The position numbers and the translations under genes are program-made. Below the pieces are notes generated by a model. That model did not search any database. It saw only the letters and a list, made by a program, of their open reading frames with translations, and was not told the origin of the DNA. DNA of 63,996 bases, counting the filler, from Basidiobolus ranarum (Eukaryota): NCBI GenBank assembly GCA_040143965.1. It is 6 parts of 6 records of this genome, joined end to end, with 100 filler letters (N's around TTAATTAATTAA, not from the genome) between each part and the next. Parts side by side here need not be neighbours in the genome. Positions count along the whole stretch, not along the records: positions 1 to 10,854 come from JASJQH010007536.1; positions 10,955 to 21,794 come from JASJQH010007537.1; 4 more parts are not named here. One strand, 5' to 3'. This document shows, piece after piece, positions 1 through 11,949 of the stretch. The first letter of the stretch is position 1; each line of letters opens with the position of its first letter.

Positions 1-9
1 AAATAATAG

Positions 10-759
10 AACGGTGTAAAAGCTAGAGCTATGAGAGTTTTAAAGCAGAAAAAATTGTTGGTTTTGTCTTTTGATTTACATATTGACCTTTATATTAACA
101 TATTCTATTCTACAGGTATGAAGGTCAACGAGACCAAATGCAACAGCAAGTATTTAATATGGAGCAGGCTAGCTTCGCCACTGAAAATTTACGTGACACT
201 ATTGTAACGGTAGAGGCTATGCAACTGGCAAACAAAGAGCTAAAGAGTCAATACAAGAAAGTGAATATTGACAAGATTGAGGTAAAATCCTACTTGTATC
301 TACATGTGTATCATATTCGACTTTATTAACTCTTTGTGTAGGATTTACAAGATGAGATGGCAGACTTGCTGGAGCAAGCTAACGATGTTCAGGAGACTCT
401 GGGTCGAACCTATGGACTTCCGGAGGATGTTGATGAAGCTGACCTAGAAGCAGGTTAGTATTAATGATAATCCTGAGGACAAGTTATTCACTTGAGGCTA
501 ACGGTGTCATTCTAACTTACAGAACTGGAAGCTTTGGGGGATGAACTCTTATTTGAGGATGAGGAAACGCCTTCCTACCTCCAAGATGGCGCGACAGTTC
601 CAGAATTTCCTGAAACCAATGATCTTAGCGATCCGAACAAAAAACAAGAGGTTAAACTGGACGAATATGGTAAATATGAGATCTCTAGGTCGATTGAAGA
701 ACGTATCTAATGTCAGTTACATTTTAGGTCTACCTGAGGCCCCTATGAAAACAACATAA
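10..759 (+). CDS. VPS60: ESCRT-III Snf7-family protein Vps60/CHMP5, 3' part (5' end outside window)
   Basis: Exons ~10-56, 116-281, 342-453, 523-669, 728-759 with GT-AG introns give [40 protein letters not shown]...[45 protein letters not shown], the CHMP5/Vps60 signature. Confidence 0.93.
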
Positions 760-1265
760 ATGACAGAGGAATCACAATAGCCGTGACCCTTTTACCTTTT
801 ATCCTGTTACTTCTAATTCTGGCGTGTAATCGAAATATAATGTTCGTGAGATTGATTGGTCACTTGTTTCCTTGTAGAGTTTGAATCAGAGCAAGAACGA
901 ATTTCGACCACAATCGCTTAGTATTTATTTTAATTAAACTTGAGAAGATGAATTTTATTTACATTCAGCAAGATTTCTTGAGCCCTACTACTTGGGAATA
1001 ATAAATAAGAAAAGATAATTCAATTTTGTACCTACATATATAAACGTAGTGAATGCTTCTTGAAATAAAGAAGGCAAAGAAAAATGCATCATCATATTTT
1101 GAAGAAAATATAAAGTGTTCCAAAATTGGCATTGTTAACGAAAGAGACGGGCTCGAGTCTCCTTCCCAAGGAATATTTTGTGCATAGAAATACATGAATG
1201 TTTCCAACATATTTGTATCACCATATTATAATTACTATTACAGCTCAAGCACTACAAAACTCCTC

Positions 1266-2429
1266 TCACATATACCCCAGTTTCCTTTTCAATGACTCCA
1301 GTTGTCGACGCGACTGATATAGCTCATGGGTTCTCTCTGTAAGTATACTAACCAGTTCGTCACGAGATGCATTTTGCGTATTTTTGCAGGAATCCAATAG
1401 CTCAACACAATTACGATCTACATCTTCAAACATTCCGGTATGTTCGGTTAATGGAGCACTTATAAAACGGTGAATGTTACTTTGGCCTCGTTCGTTTTTT
1501 GATCCTGTCACGTAAAGTATAACCAAAGCATCGGTTTCTTGGTGAAGTCTAGTGGCCTGAAATAAAACAATTGTGTTACCATTTAAAAATAGACGTGTTT
1601 GAAGTAGTAAGTATATTTGAATACCTTTTGGACAAGTTCTTCTGATAGTGCAGAGATATCGGAAGCCCGTCTTTGCGAATCTAGATGATCATTTTTTAGC
1701 CTCAGTTGTTCATGAAGAAAATAATTTGTGTATGTTACCTAAAGCGGGATAATTTCCAAGCGTAGGGTTGGGTACAAATTCGAGATTTCTTAGGAAAAGT
1801 GACACAAAAGAGATCAGTTTTAAGTCAAGTACTATGTTTAAGAGTAATGGTTATATTTACTGTGATGTAGTGTCATTTCCGGTAGCAGAAAATCCGTTAC
1901 TTAAGGGGATTTTCGAGTTTGGGGGTCCTTCACCTAAGATCCAAAATATAAGCTTGAAGATCACTGAAATAACGAGAAAACATGTTTACCATTATTACGA
2001 TACGTGTGAACTTGTTGCATGGGTTGAGGTACTTGTACAGTATGGGGAGGAGTCGTAGTGGATATACCTGGAGATGGCTGTGATATGATTTCATTACTAA
2101 GTGGAGGACCTTGAAGGGCGCTTAGAGTGAAAAAGCGGATAAAGACTTTAAAACTAGGTTATGACTTTAATTTAGTTGTGATATGATTGTACTTGAAGTT
2201 GATAGCTGGCTGAGATGGGTACGTCTCTGGCTGTGATGAGGCCTGGCGAGTACTAGAATCACTTTGACTATTAAAGAGATGGTTTAATTATCAACAACAG
2301 ATTACACCAAGTATTAAAGCTTTACCTGTCGTCTTCAACTTTAGCATCTACTTTGACATTAGGGTCACCGTATGGACAGATATGTCCCTTTCTTGGTTGC
2401 TTACACTTTGAGCAAATTTGAACACGCAT
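1266..2429 (-). CDS. Multi-exon hypothetical protein with N-terminal Cx2Cx6HxC motif and a possible divergent MADS/SRF-like segment; putative regulator
   Basis: ATG at 2429; exon 1 (2429-2326) MRVQICSKCKQPRKGHICPYGDP; S/P/Q-rich middle exons; last exons ...SALSEELVQK|ATRLHQETDALVILYVTG...HRFISAPL...coiled coil, stop at 1266; canonical splice sites. Confidence 0.65.
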
Positions 2430-2934
2430 GATAAGTCAAGTACAAAATAGAAACTAAGCACGTTTTTAAACTCCACTCGTCACGAAAACCAAAATAACTT
2501 AAGTATAAGGCAAATGGTGAAAGTTGGTTAGGATGAGAAGTTGATTATTGAATTCAGTAAAAAAAACTTTCTGAGAAATCAGATTACTTTACAGTCGGTT
2601 ACGTTGGCAAATTGGCCACTGAACCAATTATCACGTTGGATTTCAGTGAATATAGATATTCTATTTTTGACAAAGTGCGCTAGACAAGGGGTGAGAAAAG
2701 ATCGAAGATAAGGGATAGATCACTTTTTATCATTCGAAAAACACCATCTCACATCAAGTATAAGCTGACCGTTTTGGTTAATTTTATTTATATGTTTCAT
2801 ATTAAACAAGTCAATATAAACTTATATTGAAGTACGATAGAACCTTAATATATGCAGAGCATGTTAGTATCATTACTACAGATGAGAATGAGGCAGAAAT
2901 TGAATGGAGCATTTCTGTAGTGATTATGGTGGGT

Positions 2935-3686
2935 TTAGTTAGAACCATAGGTGTTATTTCTACCGTTGTTCACTAAGCGTCTGTGCTCTGCGAGCAATTC
3001 TTCGTCGCGCTCATTTTCATTCGGTAAGTAGCTAATAAGCAAGAAAGCAGTAATTAACCCAAGAAGTTGGACAACTACCAAAGCAATACCAGTGCTGGCG
3101 AGTGAACCTTGATGTTCTACTACTGCAGCTGAAAGCGCATCGTAGCAAGCTTGATCATAGCCATAGAAGGGGCTAGAGATGCATGAATCCTTTTTGTTCT
3201 TGGGATATGCACGATCCAACACATCACGGTAACCACAGCAATTGTATTGTTCTTCAATATCACGGATAGCTTTGGGGTGATGATCGTAAGCCTTTTGCCA
3301 AGCTTTATCCAAATAACCGTCTACGTTGTGGCGGTTAGAGTAAGCAACGATAGCCAGGACAATTTGGGTGGTGACAAGAGCAGCGAGAGGAACAAAATAG
3401 AGAAGTAAAGTTTTACGACTTTCCAAGAAAGCGCCAGTGCCACCGACAAACGATAAAACAAATACAAATGCGCCAGTTGCAATCATCGTGATGACAATAG
3501 CTTTGGAAGCAAATGCAGTCTCTGTCCAGGAGTACAGTCCCATGCCGATGAACATTATTCCTGATATCTATCCACAGATTGTTAATATATTACAAAGTTA
3601 AAGACAGGATAGTAGGTACTTACAGCACCGAGGACATTTAGACCCATCAGAATGAATCGCAATGCGTTGGTATTAATTTGGGCCAT
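2935..3686 (-). CDS. Tetraspanin
   Basis: Two exons (ATG 3686, intron ~3623-3569); four hydrophobic helices; large extracellular loop with CCG (YNCCGY) and two further Cys. Confidence 0.9.
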
Positions 3687-4149
3687 TGTGTATTTAGTAC
3701 TAGTAGTGAGGCTAGAAGAGTGAAGAGGAGAAAATATGTGTTATTAGAAGGTAGTCTTGCTCACCTTTATATGCAATGATCCTTGGAAGAAATTGTCGGT
3801 TTATTAGAATTAATTAATCTGATATTTTTGCTAGTCATGAAAGAGTAAAAGGTAGTTTCAATTCTTGGTCAATGAGTTTCATGTGCAGGCTCCCAAATTG
3901 ATAAATCAACAGTCACAAAAACGATGATGAGGCATGGTTGTTTCCAATAGAATTAGTTGGGTTTGTTCGTGGTCATCCTTATTGAAAACCATCATCTCCA
4001 AGACATGCCATGAGTAACTTGATGATGACATCAGTGTGAAGACCGCCGATTTCTCAGGCGGGGTCTGAAAGGTCAGCAATTGCTAACAGGCGAATGCACC
4101 TCACCTTATGCACCAAGAAATGCACACAAAGTAAATGCATGAAGTGTAG

Positions 4150-6200
4150 AGAATCGTCATCTCACCAACTATGTAATACATGGATATTGATCAAGAAGTA
4201 ACAGCAGTTTGATGCTCCAATCAATCCTCACTATACAAACCCTCTGATCCAGGTCCAATCGTGTACATACATGACAAAACCAATATCGGGGAGGTAAATA
4301 CAAACATGATTGCGTAAACCAAGCATTAGCGATGGTCACTTTTAGAATAGCCCTCAATATAAGCGCAGATTAAACTTGTTGGCTATTTACACCTCAGTGT
4401 GACAGGATGACATCTTCAAAGTCTGTGGCGAAGTAAAGGCACAGCCAAAGCTAGAGACACCATTGGTTCTTTCTTCCAGTACCAGAGCCAAGCCCTTCCT
4501 AGTCATGTTGATGAGCCTATTAAATTTGTTGATGAGTACACTCGATCTCGTTGACCAGAAATGAGGACGCAAGCTATATTGTTCGATCTGCACTGCGGTT
4601 AACCAATTTGGGATTAGGATTAGCGTCATCTACCAACTGCAACATGATAATCTGTAGCTAGGGACCGATTGATTGGTTTGCTATTCATCGTTGAAACCAA
4701 AGGGCAATTATGCCGGACCGTCATATGATTCAGAAAGTTACTTGGAAATAAGGACAGTTTAAATAATCCCAGTCCATCTGGTTCATATTGAATGCCCAAA
4801 TCAAATATCAGCGTAGTTATTTCCTCTGTAAAGACGTATGTGCTGCCAAAGCTGATAATATAGTCGATATATTGGAACATTTACTAGCTTTATGAGTGTG
4901 CATCCAGGTTCTCCATTTACAGAGAAATACTAAGGTGCGTTGACCTCAAATCCACATGACGTTATATCTTACACATATATGCAACACCACACATTTGGTG
5001 CTAGTCAAGTGTATATACAACGCAGGATTTACAATACGTTGATGCTGGTTAGAGGTAACCTTAACAATGCTCAAAGATTTGACACAATAACCTCCAGATA
5101 TCGGATCGACGCTGTATGTGCCAAAATACCAATACAGAACCTCAGTCTGTAAGCATCACGATTGCCAGAGCTTTCAGAAACTCATTGTTTGTTGTAGACA
5201 GTTAGGCTAACTATCGCTTATGTTTGAACGGACTGCTCAGCCTATTTTAATATCGAAATCACAACTGATTTATAGGACAAATCTACCACAGGAAGGAGGA
5301 AGAAGCCTGCACTCCTAAAATCAGGCACCTGATTCTTCTATTAAACCACCACTCCACGATGTTGACCCCTTCACAATTCCAGTCTATTGTTATAGATGCT
5401 AACTGAGCAAGCTACGTTCATGAAACCTAGCCACAAATGAAATAAAACAAAACTTCATCTCATCGACTCAGTCTGTTCAAGTTAACTTTGTTTTTGGATC
5501 TGTCATGGGATTGACCGATGTTGGTTGGCTTGATCTGTCTTAATACCTAGGTGAACGAGAGATACGGATCTGGCAAGGTGTATATGTGGGGATGCTCAAA
5601 TTGGAGAGCCAACTTGCTTGAAAAGTTACTCTTCGTCTCTGTAGCATCAAATCTCCACCTTCCACGTTCCAACACACACAAGACTTGGTACCTATAGTCG
5701 GTGGACCATTCCCTGAACTATTGGCGTGCTCATTGTTTGGTCTTCATAGAGAATCAATTTATCCTGTATTCTGCAGGACTAGGAGTAGTTGGATCACGCG
5801 ACTGTAGCAGTGCTGTATGTAACAACAGAAGTGGTTTGTTATCAATTAACAACCACCCCTTTTTACTCTAGCCTAATTAAATGATATTCATCGCTGCCAA
5901 AATAACTTTCTGGCGCTAAAGCCAAATCTAAAAAGGTAGGAGAATGGTTACACCCATACCTGTTGGCATTGACCTGTGAGATTGTGAATTATTAAGACTT
6001 GTATGATGCTGAATACACCTTAAGATCCGAAAGAGCCGTTCAAGCTCCAGTCTGGTAGAACGCTCTAGACTATGACGGATGGCTGATGCGTTAATCTGCC
6101 TTATTTGCCAAACACAAGGTATGAGGCAATATGAATATATGCTTATCAAAATTCCGGTTGCAAGCGATCAAGACGCCAGCAGTAGAGTAGCGTATAGATA
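4150..6200 (-). mobile_element. Highly degraded DIRS/Ngaro-like tyrosine-recombinase retrotransposon relic (tentative)
   Basis: Broken frames: TDYHVAVGR*..LTAVQ..FWSTRSSVLINKFNRLINMTRKGL resembles a fungal YR segment; near 5800-5990 PTGMGV, HLIRLE and VTYSTATVA resemble DIRS RNase H motifs; many stops and frameshifts. Confidence 0.35.
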
Positions 6201-7050
6201 CAGGCGTAACACTTTGTACTCGGAGTTGAATAATTTGGGAAGATGGTGTCACAATCCCATTAGAGTAGGACGTGAGTCACCTTTTTCCATGACATTATTC
6301 TGGGTAATGGGCTCGATATAGGCATGAGTTTAACAATGCCGGATACAAGGTGTGCGAAACCAATGAAGTAGGGGGGATATAGATGAAGTTATTATCAACA
6401 ATCAGTTGAGCACGGTTAGCATTCCTTTTTTATTTATGGAACGTGAGACATTGCAGGATACCAATTTTACTTCATTTCGTTTTCTGGATTAGCTAGGGTT
6501 TGGTGCTACTTGGAAATGTCCCTATCTCTAGGACATACCCTCATGTGGTCTGCCCAAGAAACCAGGGTCGCTCGAAACTATGCACCTTATTACATTGCTC
6601 ACTTCGATCCATGCTCGATCTGTACGTGTCGTATTACCAGTGTATGATATTTGGCGAGTGCGATCAATTATCTGACATCATGTTGATGGCATCGAGTGTA
6701 TAGATTATATAAACTAAGTCATGTGATGGGAAACTTATATGCCCCAACTTCATTCCCCCATAGCCACCTATCGTAAGTCAATTCTGACCAGATCATATAT
6801 GAATTGATTCAAGATATTTTCAATATTCTAAGTTGAAATGGAGCCGAGTATTTGCATCCTACCTTGACACCCCCCAGCTCTTCATGTATAAATGTAATAT
6901 CATTGACCATGAATACTCTGACTTGTTCAGCTTTCCTACACAGACTCTTTGTAGTCTCCTTTATCATACTTTCGTTAGTGCTATCTCATATTTTGCATAG
7001 GGGGTTTTTGACATCCTTATTCATCTGTTATATCGTGTGAATTCAAGTTC

Positions 7051-8823
7051 ATGGATAATAAGCTTGTACCTCAACGGCCTTCTCTTCAATCATTAACTTC
7101 ATTTAAGAACTCTCCCTGGATCGCCGACATTCTACAAGTGATATTCTCTTATAGCACAAATTTAACCCAATTAACTAGCTATTGTTTGGTGAACCGAGCT
7201 TGGTATTCGGAAGCGATTCGTATTATCTGGAGAGAGCCACAATTCGAAACGCAAGTCAACTTTCGTCAATTTAAATTGGTTATATCACATAGCAAACATT
7301 GTAAGTCTTTTTAATTTGAAATTGATAGGGAAATTCTCATCTATTTTTACTGACTTCATATTTTAGTGGCTAGTTTAGTTCATGTATTGGATCTACAAGA
7401 CTATCGATATTTTATTCTTAAATACGCAGCCTCCTTGCTTCAATATCTTCCAAATTTGACTGCAATCCGTTTCCCTCAGGCCATACCTATCACTAGAAAT
7501 GTGTTTTCCCTGTTAAATGCTTGTAATTTTAGCGCTCTAAAATCTTTGAACTACGTAGAGATCTATTTTTCTAAGGAAGAAGATATTCAACACCTTGAAT
7601 CCATATTACGCAACTGCCCAAACCTCGAAAAAATGGGATTAATTGTAAAGAGCGTGGCAGAATACGAAATACTCACTGATATCGTGCCATTATCTTCGCT
7701 TAAATGGCTTGAAGTTGCCGGACTCGAATTAACAGGGGATTTAATGAAATCTTTGCTACGACTGACACCGAATTTGGCAAGATTGGAAACTTTCACTACG
7801 GCCCATCCAAATGATTTTGTACCGATAATAGTTGATAGTTGTAAACATTTAGAGCATCTCCATCTTGAGTTTGAATACGCTGAAGAAGATATTCTATGGG
7901 ACCTTTGTGATGAATATGCCAAGGATTTAGTCTCTCATTTAAAACACTTCTCCTTAGTATACAATCAAATCGTACATGATGTACCGGAAGAATGGATGGA
8001 GATACTGTGGCGCTCTTTCAAGTCGGTAGAAACTCTTCGCCTGTGGCGAGTGGAGCTAAATGAGGCGATAATCTATTCTTTTTCAGAGGCACTCCCTAAA
8101 CAGCTACGAATATTGGACCTGTGCTCAATATCTGTTACGGAACCCAGCAGTCTAGGTGCATGGGAGGAGTTCTTTGTGAGTTGTGGAGGACAGTTGACTT
8201 CACTTACCATATCCCATAGCCTTCTGCCTGCTCGACTGGGCCACGTCATAGCCAAGTATTGCGTTCGGTTAGAGGAGTTGGTAATTCGTTCGTGTAAATT
8301 CACTGATACCTCAGTAATTGCAGTTGTTCAACGGTGTGGCTCTACCTTGACGAAGATTAAACTATATGACACCTCTTTTACTGAGTCATCACTACAAGCT
8401 ATTTGCGAGAATTGTAACAAATTAGAGGAATTGACGCTATTTCGTACTGAGCATTGGTTGCAGCCACTTGATACTTCACCTTTAGTCCCGTACATCGTTA
8501 ATCATGGGGCCATACTAAGGTCACTATGTATCCGCGGTTGGAAAACTACAAACGAACTACTAAATAATTTGGCGAATCACGCCCAAAACTTACGAGAACT
8601 TGATTTTGAAAATGACACGGGACTCCAAGACTCGATATTGCAACAGGTGATGAAATCATGTCAGTTGCGACAGTTGAACATCACAACCCGTCACGATTGT
8701 GGTGGCTTAACAGCGGAGATGATTGAGTTAGTTGACAAATATTACGTATTTGCCAAGAGAATCCAGAATCCTCTCTCCTTGGATATGGAAACGATCTATG
8801 GAATACTGTATGGTAGTCCATAG
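7051..8823 (+). CDS. F-box / RNI-like leucine-rich-repeat protein
   Basis: Exon 1 7051-7300 (DILQVIFSY..CLVNRAWYSEAIRIIW, F-box-like), intron 7301-7366, exon 2 with repeated CxxLxxLxL LRRs (CPNLEKM, CKHLEHLHL, CVRLEELVI, CNKLEELTL). Confidence 0.88.
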
Positions 8824-10748
8824 TCTGACTAGACCATCAGCTAGCAATGCATGCTACTATTTCAATTATCTCTTAATAGGGAACGATTTAATTTTATTGT
8901 ACAGCCAAAAACCCCATTCACACAACGACTTCAATAGTCGCACCATTTTCTTCCCCTCCAGAAAATCCCATCAATTTAATCACTTCTGATGTAAATATTA
9001 CGGTTATAAAAATCCGATTGTTAAATGAACTTCTTTTACTTTCGATGATGCCTTGGTTGGTTGCACAGTATACGAATAAATATGCACCCCTCCGAATTCC
9101 ACTTCAATGGACGAGACTCTAATCTAAATAAACTGGTTCCATCGGGCCTGGAGTTGAATCTTGGCTCAATATAATAGAATAGAACTGATTGAAACTGATG
9201 ATGCCCGAGAATACTATTACTACTTACTCTACTGGTATGCTCTAACTTTGTAACAATTTATCATAGATGTACATACTACTTACCCCTTTACAAGTACTAT
9301 CCATCATAAAGTCTCCTAATATTTGGTGTGGATTATCACGAGAGAGTGCTGGATGGTGCCAAATTGAGGAACAACTACACTATAGCCCATAGCTGACTCA
9401 CTTTTTTCATCATCATTTTTCAAATATTTAGAGCTCTGCATTTATGGCATAAATCCACTTTGTATTTAGCCCATTGATATAGCACAAGACTAAACTATAA
9501 ATGTGACAAGACCATATTTACGTATATTGAATGCACACAATTTCAATATCCATATTCGCTGCTACGTGAAGAAATGATTAGGTCCTGGATAATTTTAGCA
9601 TTTTGTTTACCATACATGGTTTAATTCATGAAAGTATATGTTAAAGAAATTGCTTGATTAAGTTGTCTTTCATGCATGGTAAGCAATCTATGTACTCTCC
9701 TTGATATTGTTGAAGATTATGACTGCTCTTTTCATGGTGACAGTTAATGTGTGCTATCTTTCATGATATTCATGATTCATTTCATTCTTCAATAAGTACC
9801 GTGTGATATGATTGATACATTGTACCAACACAATTTGGAATAGTGGCAATACCCAAAATGACCAAAATGTACCACTTAATATATATAGTAATGAGATATA
9901 TAGTCTATAATGCACAAAAGTATGGCAACAAAAGTAGTGAGCTCAAAGCTGATTTTCTGAGAGTTTTGCATTTAAATGCATGCGCCACAAAGAGTAACAA
10001 ATTATGAACTTTGGTCATGCTGGTTGTCAAGTAGAAAGGGGATACATAATATATGTAAAGATAGCATCGTTGGAAAATGCTTACAAAAGAATTGAATCAG
10101 TCACGGGTTATATTGAACATCGCAATGAAAAAGAGTAAGTGCTTTATTTCTGGTCTAATGAATAAACCAATGCTTGTGGAGAAATCCGAGTTGTCCATTA
10201 TAAATGATCCATGTATGCGCCATTAGCAGTGCCTGTGTTTGAATAACACTTCAGCATAATGTTTGTGACAACATGAGCCCTAATGGATAGAGTAAAGGTT
10301 TATTTATCTTTCCTCAAAAATCACTATAAATCGGAGCTCTCCTGATAGCAAGCGCCTCCATATGGGTACCAAACATATACAAGTAACATCAGTGATTGAA
10401 AGCAATCCAAGGAAAATGAACAATTCTGACTTTCCTTTTTTTTACAGCATATTCATTCACTGTTCGACTTGGTTGACAATAATATACTCAAAGAAACTCA
10501 TTGTTGGCCAACTTTCAAATATAAATGAAAGCATTCTGTCAACAAATATTTGAGTTTAGAACTGAGCTGCTCATGTACCATGTTCAGCACATACAATACA
10601 TGTCTTTCTGCATATTTCAACAATCAAAATTGGAATATCTATTTAGGGTATACTTCAGATATATGTTTCCATACCAATTATCCATTCAATAAAATCACAA
10701 CTACTTGAAGATATCCAACATTCTCTCAGGTATTGTTTGGGTTCTTTC

Positions 10749-10854
10749 TGTTGAAATTAGCATTGCCTAAACACCTATATAGTCATATATAGCTTAGTAC
10801 TTAGTTATCTTATAATTCACTAAGATATTATCAATTATTCTCAATCGGAATTTA
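10749..10854 (+). repeat. Dispersed repeat, probably the start of an LTR; same family as 59599-59925
   Basis: Begins with TG; ttagcattgcctaaacacctat.tagtcatatatagcttagta.ttagttatc closely matches 59599-59704; cut by contig end. Confidence 0.7.
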
Positions 10855-10954
10855 NNNNNNNNNNNNNNNNNNNNNNNNNNNNNNNNNNNNNNNNNNNNTT
10901 AATTAATTAANNNNNNNNNNNNNNNNNNNNNNNNNNNNNNNNNNNNNNNNNNNN

Positions 10955-11300
10955 GTTTAACATTTTGGATACTGTGTGGAATCTTGCCCAAAATCACCTG
11001 GATTTGAGCCAATTGTGGAAAAACCAAAAACCAGGCATTACTCTGAAGGTTCGTGGCTTATTTCATGTGGCTTATCCTGGGTTTTTGCAAGCAAATGGCA
11101 CTTGTGCTAGTATAGGCCTATACATGACACATCTCAAAATCATACACAATAATTAACTTGGAAAGGAAAGATAAGCAGCAAAAGAAGTACTCAAGGAGCA
11201 GGAAGTTTGTAAACCAAAGGGAAAAGCAAAGCAGCCAGTGAGTTTAGGCTCTACTGTTCCACTTACCAAATTCTTCACACCTTTACAAAGATCTGCAATT
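10955..11300 (+). mobile_element. Degraded CACTA/EnSpm transposase fragment (tentative)
   Basis: ITLKVRGLFHVAYPGFLQANG resembles the FTLRA..GDxPA..K..G block of Transposase_21 proteins. Confidence 0.35.
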
Positions 11301-11949
11301 CCCAAGTCAGATATATGGCATAAAATATTAATTTCACCATGGAACTAGGTATATTGGTTGAAAGAGTGCTAAATTTGGAAGATTATCCAACACCAGGCAT
11401 CCTTCAACTGGCCAAAACACCAGCAAATGAAATGCATGACTCTCCAACCTCAACTGGTACTTTTCAAAGTGTTGAAACTTGCCCCAAACTCAAAGGCAAG
11501 GAAAAAGCCACACAACCATCACAAAGCAGCCTCGGTAGTGTCACACTACAAGGATATATAACTGTAATTAAAGTGTTTACGAAGTATTCTCAAAAGTGTG
11601 AAAGGAAAAATGCAATGCAAGTATGCAAAAGGTGGCTATAGAAGAAGAACATTGAACTTGACATTCAGTCTGGTGTTGACCATGTGTATATCTAGGAAGA
11701 ACAAAATACAGAGTGGTGCAATATTGCAGGGTATCTGCCAGATAGTTGGAAGAATGTTGATTCATCAATATTAATACAATGGTGGGCTTTGATGGAGATA
11801 TTGATACACACTTGTGTTGGATATGAACTAAACCTTGGGTATGAAAACTTTATAAAAATCTTCAGGAGAATATATAAAGAATCTAGGAATTTTGAAGGAG
11901 ACAAATTAGCATTCAAGTGGTAAATGGGTGAAATTTAAGTTACATTTTT

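Noticed and set aside
9000-10740. AT-rich, largely CpG-poor non-coding stretch, probably decayed TE
   Set aside because: No diagnostic motif I can support
10855-10954. TTAATTAATTAA palindrome inside N runs (also at 21795, 32727, 43648, 54567)
   Set aside because: Artificial all-frame-stop linker added in assembly concatenation
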